From: Candidatus Saccharimonadota bacterium | GTDB taxonomy: Bacteria > Patescibacteriota > Saccharimonadia > Saccharimonadales > Saccharimonadaceae | Direction: 5' to 3' | Length of the DNA stretch: 32,000 nucleotides | NCBI GenBank assembly: GCA_049296095.1 | Contig: JBAQRV010000001.1 | Location: forward strand, 660,001-692,000 | In this document: positions 22,410-30,515 of the stretch, in pieces | How positions within the stretch are numbered: the stretch's first letter is position 1 | Layout of the letters: every line of letters begins with the position of its first letter | Notes under the pieces: generated by a model | The model's database searches: none | The model's input: the letters and a program-made list of their open reading frames with translations, nothing else | Told to the model about the DNA's origin: nothing | Translations under genes and position numbers: made by a program

Positions 22410-22498
22410 CGATCCCATTGGACGACCCAACAAACATACCTTTTGCAGAGACTAAGACAGTCTCGCTGAAGGTTGAGCTCGGGACTTCGAAGACCTAG
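22406..22498 (+). CDS. Possible 30-aa third coupled ORF (MTIPLDDPTNIPFAETKTVSLKVELGTSKT), perhaps a truncated gene remnant
   Basis: The ATG at 22406 overlaps the preceding TGA (ATGA), matching the previous junction. It is below the ORF-track size cutoff and I translated it by hand. Confidence 0.25.
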   Translation: MTIPLDDPTNIPFAETKTVSLKVELGTSKT

Positions 22499-22509
22499 CT
22501 CAACAACCT

Positions 22510-22546
22510 GTCGGGGGACCCGCGGCCACAAGCTGCGGGCCCCGAC
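22510..22546 (+). terminator. GC-rich hairpin (terminator-like, no U tract) at the right edge of the island
   Basis: GTCGGGG-ga-CCCGC ... GCGGG-CCCCGAC. It is followed about 30 nt later by a weaker hairpin plus a T7 run (22574-22600). Confidence 0.45.
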
Positions 22547-22573
22547 GGGTTCACAAAACTCATGTACACCGTT

Positions 22574-22600
22574 AGCCTCTAGTCAAACAGAGGTTTTTTT
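22574..22600 (+). terminator. Short hairpin plus T7 run (rho-independent terminator candidate)
   Basis: agCCTCTagtcaaacAGAGGttttttt. Confidence 0.45.
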
Positions 22601-22649
22601 GATACAATTTCCCGAGTCGAAAGATATTTTTTTGATCTATTCTTTTGAT

Positions 22650-22724
22650 GGTCTCATCGTCTAACGGTTAGGACACCAGGTTTTCATCCTGGCAATCGGA
22701 GTTCGATTCTCCGTGAGATCACCA
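22650..22724 (+). tRNA. tRNA-Glu (anticodon UUC), CCA encoded
   Basis: Manual cloverleaf fold: acceptor ggtctca/tgagatc, anticodon stem ccagg/cctgg with loop uuUUCau, T arm cggag-ttcgatt-ctccg, then a-cca. Confidence 0.9.
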
Positions 22725-22774
22725 AAAGAATCGCTCAAACTCTTTCGACACTCCATTTAAACAAAGGGAAAACT

Positions 22775-24190
22775 ATGGGAATTATTTTCAAACGTACCAA
22801 AATCTTAGCAACAGTTGGTCCTGCCACTGGAACACCAGAGATGATCGAACAACTCATTACCGCAGGTGTGAATGGTCTTCGTCTTAACTTTAGCCACGGA
22901 GACTATGCTGAACGCGATAATCAGATTACTTGGATTCGTGAAGCCAGTAAAAAGATTGGCAAACCAGTCGCTATCTTACAAGACCTTCAAGGCCCAAAGA
23001 TTCGTCTGGGAATGTTGAACGAAAACACCGCTGTTAAAAAAGGTGATGAAATTATTCTTGATCACGCCGCTGAACATAACGGCATGACCTTTCCTGTTCA
23101 GTACAACCTGGCTGAAAAGGTAAAGGTTGGTGAGCCAATTTACATCTTTGACGGTAAGGTTCGTACCACTGTTCTCGAGATTACTTCTGAAACCGCCATT
23201 AAGCTCCGCGTTGAGAATGACGGTACCTTGATGAGCAAAAAGGGTATTAACCTGCCTGATACTGACTTTGGCGGTGACATCCTCACCCCGAAAGATCTTA
23301 AGGATATCGAATATGGTCTGACTAAAGATATTGACTATGTTGCACTTAGCTTCGTTCAGAGTCCTGACGATATTCACAACCTTCGACAAATCCTGGTTGC
23401 AGGGGGTTCACAGGCACAGATTATTGCCAAAATCGAGACCAAAGCAGCGATTAAAGACGACGTTCTTGAAGCAATTGTTAAAGCGACTGACGGTATTATG
23501 GTAGCGCGTGGAGACTTGGCGGTTGAGGCTGGTGCTGAAATCGTTCCTATCGTCCAGCGTCGCCTGATCGCACTGTGCCGTAAGCACGGTAAATTGAGCA
23601 TTGTCGCAACACAAATGATGGCCAGCATGGTTGATGCGCCCGAGCCAACTCGCGCAGAGGTGAGTGACGTTGCGAATGCGGTTATTCAAGGTGCAGATGC
23701 GGTGATGCTCTCTGATGAGACGGCGAACGGTAGTTATCCTCTCGAAACGGTTGCGGCTATGAAGAAGGTCATTCTGTATACACAAGAGAATGCTCCTGTT
23801 GCTCCAATCCACGACGAGATTGTGGCCAAGAATATGCAACTTGATGCAATTAGTACCGCCGCAGTAAAACTTGCCGAGCAATTAAAGGTGTCGGCTATTA
23901 TTGCTGAAACAAAATCAGGCGCGACAGCCGCCCAGATTGCAGCCCACCGTCCAAACCTGCCAATTGTCAGTGTGACCAGTGAACTTCGAGCTGCGCAGCA
24001 ACTTGGCCTTAGTTACGCTAATCGTAGCTACGTTCGTCCAGATAGCCCAGAAGCGGGCTTCGACCTCGCAAAGGAACTGAAACTCCAAGGTTTCTTTGGT
24101 GATGAGCCAGCAACGGTGATTATCGTCAGTGGCCAACAGCCTGGAATCATCGGAACTACTGACACGATCAAAGTCCGCGTGCTAGAATAA
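22775..24190 (+). CDS. pyk: Pyruvate kinase
   Basis: TKILATVGPAT, NGLRLNFSHGD, LQDLQGPKIR and MVARGDLAVE. SD AAGGGA lies upstream. Confidence 0.95.
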   Translation: MGIIFKRTKILATVGPATGTPEMIEQLITAGVNGLRLNFSHGDYAERDNQITWIREASKKIGKPVAILQDLQGPKIRLGMLNENTAVKKGDEIILDHAAEHNGMTFPVQYNLAEKVKVGEPIYIFDGKVRTTVLEITSETAIKLRVENDGTLMSKKGINLPDTDFGGDILTPKDLKDIEYGLTKDIDYVALSFVQSPDDIHNLRQILVAGGSQAQIIAKIETKAAIKDDVLEAIVKATDGIMVARGDLAVEAGAEIVPIVQRRLIALCRKHGKLSIVATQMMASMVDAPEPTRAEVSDVANAVIQGADAVMLSDETANGSYPLETVAAMKKVILYTQENAPVAPIHDEIVAKNMQLDAISTAAVKLAEQLKVSAIIAETKSGATAAQIAAHRPNLPIVSVTSELRAAQQLGLSYANRSYVRPDSPEAGFDLAKELKLQGFFGDEPATVIIVSGQQPGIIGTTDTIKVRVLE

Positions 24191-24215
24191 TAGTACTGAT
24201 TAACAGGGTGGGTAC

Positions 24216-25439
24216 TTGAGCTTTTTTAAACTGACAATTCGTGATGTTCCGCTCGATCACCAGACGGTGTTGGTGCGAGCAGATTATAATGTGCCTCTGA
24301 ATAAAAAAGGGGAGATTGAGGATGACCTGCGCATTCGGGCGAGTTTGCCTACGCTTCGTTATCTCCATGAACGTGGCTGTAGAATTGTCATCATAAGTCA
24401 CCTCGGGCGGCCAGAGGGGAAGGATGCGTCGTTGTCGCTGGAGCCCGTCGCCAACAGATTGGCAAAGCTATTGGATCATCCCGTCACCTTCGTGGATGAC
24501 TGTATCGGTGACAAGGTGGTTCAAGCGGTAAAGAAATCCTCGCCCCACTCTGTTACTTTGCTCGAGAACCTGCGGTTTTATAAAGAAGAAGAGGCGGACG
24601 ATGCGGCCTTTGCCAAAAAAATTGCCACGGCAACCAATGCTCGGTATTTTGTTCAGGATGGCTTCGGGGTCGTTCATCGGGCGCATGCCAGCACACATGC
24701 CATTACCCTCTGTATTCCCAGTGTTGCTGGTCTTTTGTTGGAGCGAGAATACAAAACCATTACCGAGGCGATGGAAGCACCAAAACGCCCCTTAGTGGCA
24801 GTGTTGGGCGGTGCTAAGATTGCAGACAAGATCGGGGTGATTGAGCGTTTTGTCCAGATTGCAGACAAGATTATTATCGGTGGCGCAATGGCTAATACCT
24901 TCCTTAATTACAAAGGTTTTGATATGGGCGCCAGTCTATATGAAAAGGACGAGCACGAGGTACTCGATCGGATTTATCAGGCAGCACATAAAAAACATGA
25001 TGGGAGCGTTGAAGATTTTATTATACTGCCATCTGATGTGGCTGTAGCAGAGGAGGCTACCTCTGGTGTTGAGCGCCGCATCGTGACATTGGGGGATATT
25101 AGTCCCAAGGATAAAGCGCTAGATATCGGTGATGCTTCAATCGAACGGATGGTAGCTGAGGTCGCTCATGCAAAGACAGTGATTTGGAACGGAACTCTGG
25201 GGTATGCCGAATTGCCGACTTTTGCCCATGGCTCGGCTCGGTTGGCATTGGCACTCGCGACCCAACCCAAAACCACCTCTATTATCGGTGGTGGCGATAC
25301 AGCTGATTTTGTGCTGCAATGGGACGCTCAGGATGGTGAGAGCTTTTCACATGTTTCCACTGGCGGCGGCGCTAGCCTAGAGCTGATGGCTGGGGAAAAA
25401 TTACCAGGCATCGAGAGTTTGCTGGATGCACGCAAATGA
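24216..25439 (+). CDS. pgk: Phosphoglycerate kinase
   Basis: VLVRADYNVPL, ISHLGRPEG and IIGGGDTA, with a TTG start. Confidence 0.95.
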   Translation: MSFFKLTIRDVPLDHQTVLVRADYNVPLNKKGEIEDDLRIRASLPTLRYLHERGCRIVIISHLGRPEGKDASLSLEPVANRLAKLLDHPVTFVDDCIGDKVVQAVKKSSPHSVTLLENLRFYKEEEADDAAFAKKIATATNARYFVQDGFGVVHRAHASTHAITLCIPSVAGLLLEREYKTITEAMEAPKRPLVAVLGGAKIADKIGVIERFVQIADKIIIGGAMANTFLNYKGFDMGASLYEKDEHEVLDRIYQAAHKKHDGSVEDFIILPSDVAVAEEATSGVERRIVTLGDISPKDKALDIGDASIERMVAEVAHAKTVIWNGTLGYAELPTFAHGSARLALALATQPKTTSIIGGGDTADFVLQWDAQDGESFSHVSTGGGASLELMAGEKLPGIESLLDARK

Positions 25440-25473
25440 GCTACACTAACAGTAATAAGCATAAGTGGTAATC

Positions 25474-26253
25474 ATGGCTAGGGACAAGACGCTCATTATC
25501 GGTAACTGGAAGATGAACCTCGGAGTACACGAGGCGAGTTTGTATTTGCATAAACTTGAGAAATCGGTCAAACAGCACCGAAATGTCGAAGTGGTGTTGG
25601 CGCCGACGATGCTCACCCTCCAGACACTGAGCCTACAGGTGAATTATCGTCAATTTAAACTCGCTGCTCAGAACTTCTACTGGCGTGATCACGGTGCATA
25701 TACCGGTGAAGTTTCGGCGACGCAGCTGCGCGGGATCGTTTCTTATGCTCTCGTTGGACACTCTGAGCGACGTCATATCTTCCATGAATCCGACAAAGAT
25801 ACTCGTGCGAAGGTGCAGGCAGCGATTCGTAATGGGATTCGTCCTGTGCTTTGTGTTGGTGAAACGGCGAGCGAGCGGGCCTTGGATGAAACACAGGATG
25901 TGATTCATGATCAGCTTATTGGTGGCCTCGCGAATGTGACGAGTGAAGAACTGGGGGAGGTGGTGATTGCATACGAACCAGTCTGGGCAATTGGCACGGG
26001 ACAAAACGCCCTCCCAGGCGACGTGATTGCGGCTGTCCGTTCAATCCGCAGCCAGTTGAAGCATCTGTATGGCGCCAAGGCTGCTGATAGTGTCCAGGTC
26101 CTCTATGGGGGAAGTGTGACAGCTGACAGCGCTGCTGATTACCTTTCTCTTCCAGAAATCGACGGGTTATTGGTCGGCGGTGCTAGTTTAGATGAAAAAG
26201 CCTTTAGTAATATTGTCGAAAAAGCTTATACTAATGGTAAGAAAGATAAATAG
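25474..26253 (+). CDS. tpiA: Triosephosphate isomerase
   Basis: IIGNWKMN, LVGHSERR, IAYEPVWAIGTG and LYGGSV. ATG 25474 is preferred over the GTG at 25465. Confidence 0.9.
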   Translation: MARDKTLIIGNWKMNLGVHEASLYLHKLEKSVKQHRNVEVVLAPTMLTLQTLSLQVNYRQFKLAAQNFYWRDHGAYTGEVSATQLRGIVSYALVGHSERRHIFHESDKDTRAKVQAAIRNGIRPVLCVGETASERALDETQDVIHDQLIGGLANVTSEELGEVVIAYEPVWAIGTGQNALPGDVIAAVRSIRSQLKHLYGAKAADSVQVLYGGSVTADSAADYLSLPEIDGLLVGGASLDEKAFSNIVEKAYTNGKKDK

Positions 26254-26261
26254 GGCGGGCG

Positions 26262-27122
26262 ATGCAAGATATTGATTTTGAAGAACTAGACCGAGCGGTC
26301 AACTCAGTGAGTGCTCCTTCGGCACCAAAAACTGAGGCTGCTTCTTCTGATAGCGTCCCTGTGACCGTGCAGTCTGCACCCGCGCCAACTCCTTCAACTC
26401 CTGCGGCACGTCGTAGTTCGGGACGATTCATGGATGTTGTACATCCCTCTTCTGATATGCGCACATCCTCGGTTCCTGAGCGTTCAACACCTCGTTCCGA
26501 GCCAGAATCCAGCCCTACCCCGACGACAGAACGATCGACTGACTGGCCTGACCCACTTGATTTTCATGGCTTTAAGGATGAACCAGAATCGACCCCAGAA
26601 CCTGTGACACCGCAGGAGGTACCACAGGATTCACTCGAATCACCATTCCTCAGTGACGCTAAGGTAGAAAAACGACCGCTCGGTGGTTTCTCAACTGAGA
26701 CAACTGTCGCTACACCACTCGAGACTCCTAATGAGCCTGAGCTGCTTCTCGAAGCGCCACAAGAAGAGGAATTGCTTACTGCGACCACCGAAGAGAGTGA
26801 CAAGGCAGAACCGATTTCGGATGCCGAATTGCCGCAAGAGGACGAAAAACCGGTCATTCAACCAACTCCAGAACCAACGCCCGCTCCTGCTGAAGACATG
26901 ACGTCTGTTCCTGCTTCAATCACGCAGCAATATAAAGAACAGCCAAGCACGACCGAACAAACCTCAGGGCCTATTTTTGATACCGAATCATACCACCAGC
27001 CCCTGACTCATACTCCAAAGAAGAAATCCGGCGCACTCGTCGTTGTGTGGATCGCTGCCCTTATCCTGATTGGTGCTGGCGCTGGTGCCGCAGTGTACTT
27101 CTTCGTTCTTCCGATGCTTTAA
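26262..27122 (+). CDS. Low-complexity Pro/Glu/Ser/Thr-rich protein with a single C-terminal TM helix (tail-anchored, hypothetical)
   Basis: About 255 aa of acidic, disordered-looking sequence, then KKKSGALVVVWIAALILIGAGAGAAVYFFVLPML. No family recognised. Confidence 0.6.
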   Translation: MQDIDFEELDRAVNSVSAPSAPKTEAASSDSVPVTVQSAPAPTPSTPAARRSSGRFMDVVHPSSDMRTSSVPERSTPRSEPESSPTPTTERSTDWPDPLDFHGFKDEPESTPEPVTPQEVPQDSLESPFLSDAKVEKRPLGGFSTETTVATPLETPNEPELLLEAPQEEELLTATTEESDKAEPISDAELPQEDEKPVIQPTPEPTPAPAEDMTSVPASITQQYKEQPSTTEQTSGPIFDTESYHQPLTHTPKKKSGALVVVWIAALILIGAGAGAAVYFFVLPML

Positions 27123-27148
27123 GCCTAGGCTGAGTCCCCCGGCTCGGC

Positions 27149-27154
27149 TATAAT
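27149..27154 (+). promoter_or_regulatory. Consensus -10 hexamer TATAAT, 7 nt upstream of the pcrA ATG (leaderless geometry)
   Basis: The sequence tataat is followed by agaagga and then ATG 27162. Confidence 0.35.
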
Positions 27155-27161
27155 AGAAGGA

Positions 27162-29270
27162 ATGAATTTACTTGAGGGTTTAAACGAGGCACAGCAAGAG
27201 GCCGCGAAGGTCACGACTGGCCCTCTCTTGATTTTAGCTGGTGCGGGAAGTGGAAAAACTAAAACACTGACGCATCGAATCGCCCGGCTGGTTGCTGAAG
27301 AAGGTGTCTGGCCGAATCAAATTCTGGCGGTTACTTTCACCAATAAAGCAGCTCGCGAAATGCGTGAGCGCCTTAGTCACCTCTTGGGACAAGAGAATAA
27401 TCGCAACTTTATGCCGTGGATGGGAACATTCCACGGTATTTGCGTGCGTTTGCTTCGAATGGATGGTCAGGCAATTGGGATTGCTCGAAACTTCGTCATT
27501 TATGACGAGGATGATCGGCAGTCTTTGATCAAGCAGGCGATGAAGCAACTCTCGATCAGCGACAAAGAAATCAAGGCCTCACAGGCAAGCAGTACAATCT
27601 CGAATGCCAAGAACGAAATACGCACGCCAGATGATTATGAAACGGCGGCGAACTATCCTTATGAGAAAAATATCGCCAAGATCTACAAACGCTATGAAAC
27701 CATGCGCAAGGAAGCGGGAGCGCTTGATTTCGATGATCTGCTTCTCGATGGTGTCCGTTTGCTCCGTGATGATCCTGCAATGCGCAAGAAATGGCGAGAC
27801 CACTTTAAATATATCTTGATTGATGAGTACCAAGACACCAACGCTGCGCAGTATCAGCTGGTGAAGTTATTGGTGAATGACGATAAGAACATTTGCGTGG
27901 TCGGTGATGACTGGCAATCGATCTATAGCTGGCGTGGTGCCGACTTTACCAATATTCTGAATTTTGAACGGGACTTTCCTGGTGCGAAGGTGGTCAAGTT
28001 GGAGCAAAATTATCGTAGTACCGGCAATATCCTCGAAGCTGCGCACAACGTTATTTCAAAAAATACCCAACGAACTGACAAGAAACTTTGGACGGCTGAG
28101 GGCCCCGGTTCACCGGTCCAGGTGCACGGGGTATATGATGAGGCTGAAGAGGCGAGAATGGTGGCTGAGCGGATCTCGACACACGTGGCAATGAAGGCAC
28201 GAACTTTTGATGAGTTTGCCGTTTTGTACCGTACGAACGCTCAGAGCTATACTTTAGAACGAGCTTTCTTGCAATTACGCGTCCCCTATCAATTAGTTGG
28301 CGGCGTGCGTTTCTATGACCGCAAGGAAATTAAAGATGTTATCGCCTATCTGCGATTACTCTACCAACCAAATGACCGGATGAGCTTTAGCCGTATCGCC
28401 AATGTCCCCGTCCGCGGCGTCGGTGCAACCAGTCTCGAAAAGTTCTTTGATTGGCAGTCTGCCAGTGGGTTGGATATCATTACGGCGCTCAATGAGGTCG
28501 AGGGAACGAGTACTATTACGGCACGCGCAAAACAAAGTCTCGGTACTCTTGGACGTATTCTACGGGGACTGACGCTGTCTATCGAAACTTCTTCACCAGC
28601 TGAACTTATTGAGTCAGTGATCAGCGCAGTTGGGTATCGTGATTATATCCTTGATGGTACTCCACAGGCCGAGGACAGAGAGGCAAATATTGGCTCGCTA
28701 TTGTCCGATGCGCAGAACTTTAGTGACTTGCCTGACTTCCTCGAGGAAGTTGCGCTGATGTCGAGCGCCGATAATAGTGCAGATGGACAGAAAGTAACAC
28801 TTATGACACTCCATGCTGCCAAAGGGCTAGAGTTCCCGGTTGTCTTTATTGTCGGTATGGAGGAAGGGATTATTCCGCATGCCCGTGTTTTTGAATCAGG
28901 CCCCGCTGAGCTAGAAGAGGAGCGTCGTCTGGCCTATGTTGGCATGACGCGTGCTCGTGAAGAGTTGCATCTCAGCTATGCCTATAGCCGTTTGCAGTTT
29001 GGCCAGCGTAGCTATAATCCAATGTCACGGTTCATTAGTGATATGGGTGACCAGATTGTGGCCAGTGAGCCTGCTTCGTTGATGGGTCAGCGGCAGGATG
29101 AACCGTTTTATAGTGATGACCTCGGCTTTGCAGTTGGTGATCATGTCAAATCAGCTGCCTTTGGAACAGGCGAGATCATTGACGTCGATGGCATGGCCGT
29201 CACGGTTGCGTTTAAGGGTGGACAGACCAAGAAGCTCAACGCCGAATATGCTCGGCTCGAAAAGCTTTAG
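27162..29270 (+). CDS. pcrA: ATP-dependent DNA helicase PcrA/UvrD family (SF1)
   Basis: Walker A AGAGSGKT, motif II DEYQDTN, QNYRST, TLHAAKGLEF and VGMTRARE, plus a C-terminal Tudor-like tail GDHVKSAAFGTGEIIDVDG. Confidence 0.9.
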   Translation: MNLLEGLNEAQQEAAKVTTGPLLILAGAGSGKTKTLTHRIARLVAEEGVWPNQILAVTFTNKAAREMRERLSHLLGQENNRNFMPWMGTFHGICVRLLRMDGQAIGIARNFVIYDEDDRQSLIKQAMKQLSISDKEIKASQASSTISNAKNEIRTPDDYETAANYPYEKNIAKIYKRYETMRKEAGALDFDDLLLDGVRLLRDDPAMRKKWRDHFKYILIDEYQDTNAAQYQLVKLLVNDDKNICVVGDDWQSIYSWRGADFTNILNFERDFPGAKVVKLEQNYRSTGNILEAAHNVISKNTQRTDKKLWTAEGPGSPVQVHGVYDEAEEARMVAERISTHVAMKARTFDEFAVLYRTNAQSYTLERAFLQLRVPYQLVGGVRFYDRKEIKDVIAYLRLLYQPNDRMSFSRIANVPVRGVGATSLEKFFDWQSASGLDIITALNEVEGTSTITARAKQSLGTLGRILRGLTLSIETSSPAELIESVISAVGYRDYILDGTPQAEDREANIGSLLSDAQNFSDLPDFLEEVALMSSADNSADGQKVTLMTLHAAKGLEFPVVFIVGMEEGIIPHARVFESGPAELEEERRLAYVGMTRAREELHLSYAYSRLQFGQRSYNPMSRFISDMGDQIVASEPASLMGQRQDEPFYSDDLGFAVGDHVKSAAFGTGEIIDVDGMAVTVAFKGGQTKKLNAEYARLEKL

Positions 29271-29335
29271 CATGACGCTGGCGGCCTTGTTTGCTATACT
29301 AAAAGGAACACCTAGGGGGTGTTAAGTAAATAGTA

Positions 29336-30514
29336 ATGAAACAACTACGACACAGGTCCACCATATTCGTGAGCGTCGGTATAGCTACCGCTGTGCTTTT
29401 ACTTGTCTCCCTTATTTCTTTTGTTAGTCCACGAGTCATGGCAAGTACTCAATCTGGCCGCCTGGTGACGATTCATGATCGTGGTGAGCAGAAGTCCTTC
29501 CTGAGTGACGCCGAGACGGTTGCCGATGCGTTGAGCGATGCGGGGGTGACGCTTGATGCTCACGATGCAATTGAGCCAGCGCTTGATCAAAAACTGATTG
29601 CGCGGGAATATGAAGTAAATATCTATAGGGCTCGTCCTGTTATCGTGATTGACGGTCCGACGCGTCAGAAGGTAATGACGCCGTATCAAGTAGCCGACCG
29701 CATCGTGAAAGATGCGGGTGTTACTTTGTACCCAGAAGATACGACGTCCGTCACGCGAACGAACGATTTGGTATCCGATGGTGCTGGATTACAGCTGACA
29801 ATTGATCGAGCTATGCCGATGACCTTGACACTTTTTGGAAGTAAAACCGAGATTCGGACTCAAGGTGAGACTGTTGGTGATATGCTGCGAGAAAAGGGTG
29901 TGGAGCTAGCGCAGAACGATCGGGCGTCGGTCGCTTTATCCACGCCAATTCAAGCCGGAATGAATGTGTCGGTCTGGCGCGAAGGCAAGCAGACGGTGAC
30001 TGTACAGGAAGAGGTGGCGTTTGGTGTCGAAGTGATTCGTGATGCTGATCAATATACCGACTACAAGGCTGTACAATCGGCTGGACAAGCGGGTCAGCGT
30101 AATGCTACCTATGAAATTGAAATTAAGGATGGCATCGAAGTGAGTCGAGTTGAAATTGCTTCACTAGTGACGCTTCAGCCCGTCAAGCAAGTGGAAGTTG
30201 TTGGAGTGAAGGTGAAAGTCATGCCATATACAGGTGGGGGGACGAAAACGGAGTGGCTGGCTGCTTCAAATATCCCTCAAGAATCATGGGGATACGCCGA
30301 TTTTATGGTCCAGAAGGAAAGCGGCTGGAATCCGAACGCGATCAACAAAAGCTCAGGTGCTTGTGGGCTTGCCCAGGCGTTACCTTGTTCAAAGGTCCCT
30401 GGCGACCCTTACAATCCTGTAAACTCCCTTAACTGGATGAATAGTTACGTCAACGGTCGTTACGGTGGTTGGCAGGGCGCATACAACTTTTGGGTAGCGA
30501 ATCACTGGTACTAA
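29336..30514 (+). CDS. DUF348/G5-domain peptidoglycan hydrolase with C-terminal lytic-transglycosylase-like (SLT/Apf-type) domain (RpfB-like architecture)
   Basis: Signal/TM at the N-terminus, DUF348-like repeats, and the G5 block ATYEIEIKDGIEVSRVEI. The C-terminal motifs are KESGWNPNAINKSSGACGLAQ and RYGGWQGAYNFWVANHWY. Confidence 0.8.
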   Translation: MKQLRHRSTIFVSVGIATAVLLLVSLISFVSPRVMASTQSGRLVTIHDRGEQKSFLSDAETVADALSDAGVTLDAHDAIEPALDQKLIAREYEVNIYRARPVIVIDGPTRQKVMTPYQVADRIVKDAGVTLYPEDTTSVTRTNDLVSDGAGLQLTIDRAMPMTLTLFGSKTEIRTQGETVGDMLREKGVELAQNDRASVALSTPIQAGMNVSVWREGKQTVTVQEEVAFGVEVIRDADQYTDYKAVQSAGQAGQRNATYEIEIKDGIEVSRVEIASLVTLQPVKQVEVVGVKVKVMPYTGGGTKTEWLAASNIPQESWGYADFMVQKESGWNPNAINKSSGACGLAQALPCSKVPGDPYNPVNSLNWMNSYVNGRYGGWQGAYNFWVANHWY

Positions 30515-30515
30515 T

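Larger units (their letters stand above)
19146..22560. other. Compositional (high-GC) island of probable foreign origin; mosaic of a GC-rich cassette, an AT-rich control region and a medium/high-GC small-ORF operon
   Basis: Hand counts: about 40/60 G+C at 19321-19380 versus about 29/60 at 18001-18060. Also GC-rich third codon positions, an AGGAGG SD, U-tract-less GC hairpins, and no recognisable protein families. Confidence 0.7.

Noticed and set aside
22473-22664. A 63-aa ORF spanning the island's right-edge hairpins and running into tRNA-Glu.
   Set aside because: It overlaps two terminator-like hairpins and the 5' part of a well-folding tRNA. It has no SD, and its composition changes midway. 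It is most likely spurious.
22560-22724. A classical tRNA-targeted integrative element, with the island integrated into tRNA-Glu.
   Set aside because: The island lies on the 5' side of the tRNA rather than at its 3' end. I found no direct repeat of tRNA sequence at the left boundary (19.1-19.3 kb), and no integrase is present. Adjacency to the tRNA may still be meaningful, but the standard model is not supported.
22639-22731. An 11-nt complementary pair flanking tRNA-Glu (attcttttgat at 22639-22649 and accaaaagaat at 22721-22731), considered as a possible att site or island boundary repeat.
   Set aside because: The two are inverted, not direct, and simply extend the acceptor stem with 10 of 11 pairs. 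This is better explained as a precursor leader-trailer processing stem.
23408-23881. Shadow ORFs inside well-supported genes: 22976..23389 - and 23408..23881 - within pyk; 25633..26004 - within tpiA; 4186..4527 + within murA; 7091..7372 + within a pilin gene; 10436..10666 - and 10941..11228 - within murB; 12355..12723 -; 31628..31843 - and 31714..31929 + within the pilin-BNR ORF.
   Set aside because: Each lies wholly within, and antisense or out of frame to, a gene with strong motif support. None has family features of its own.
1-30514. The two homologous G5-gene segments in direct orientation, considered as boundaries of a ~29 kb mobile or duplicated region.
   Set aside because: The intervening DNA is core housekeeping (glyA, murA/B, folD, glycolysis, pcrA, tRNAs), and the similarity is at diverged-paralog level. 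This is ordinary gene-family paralogy.
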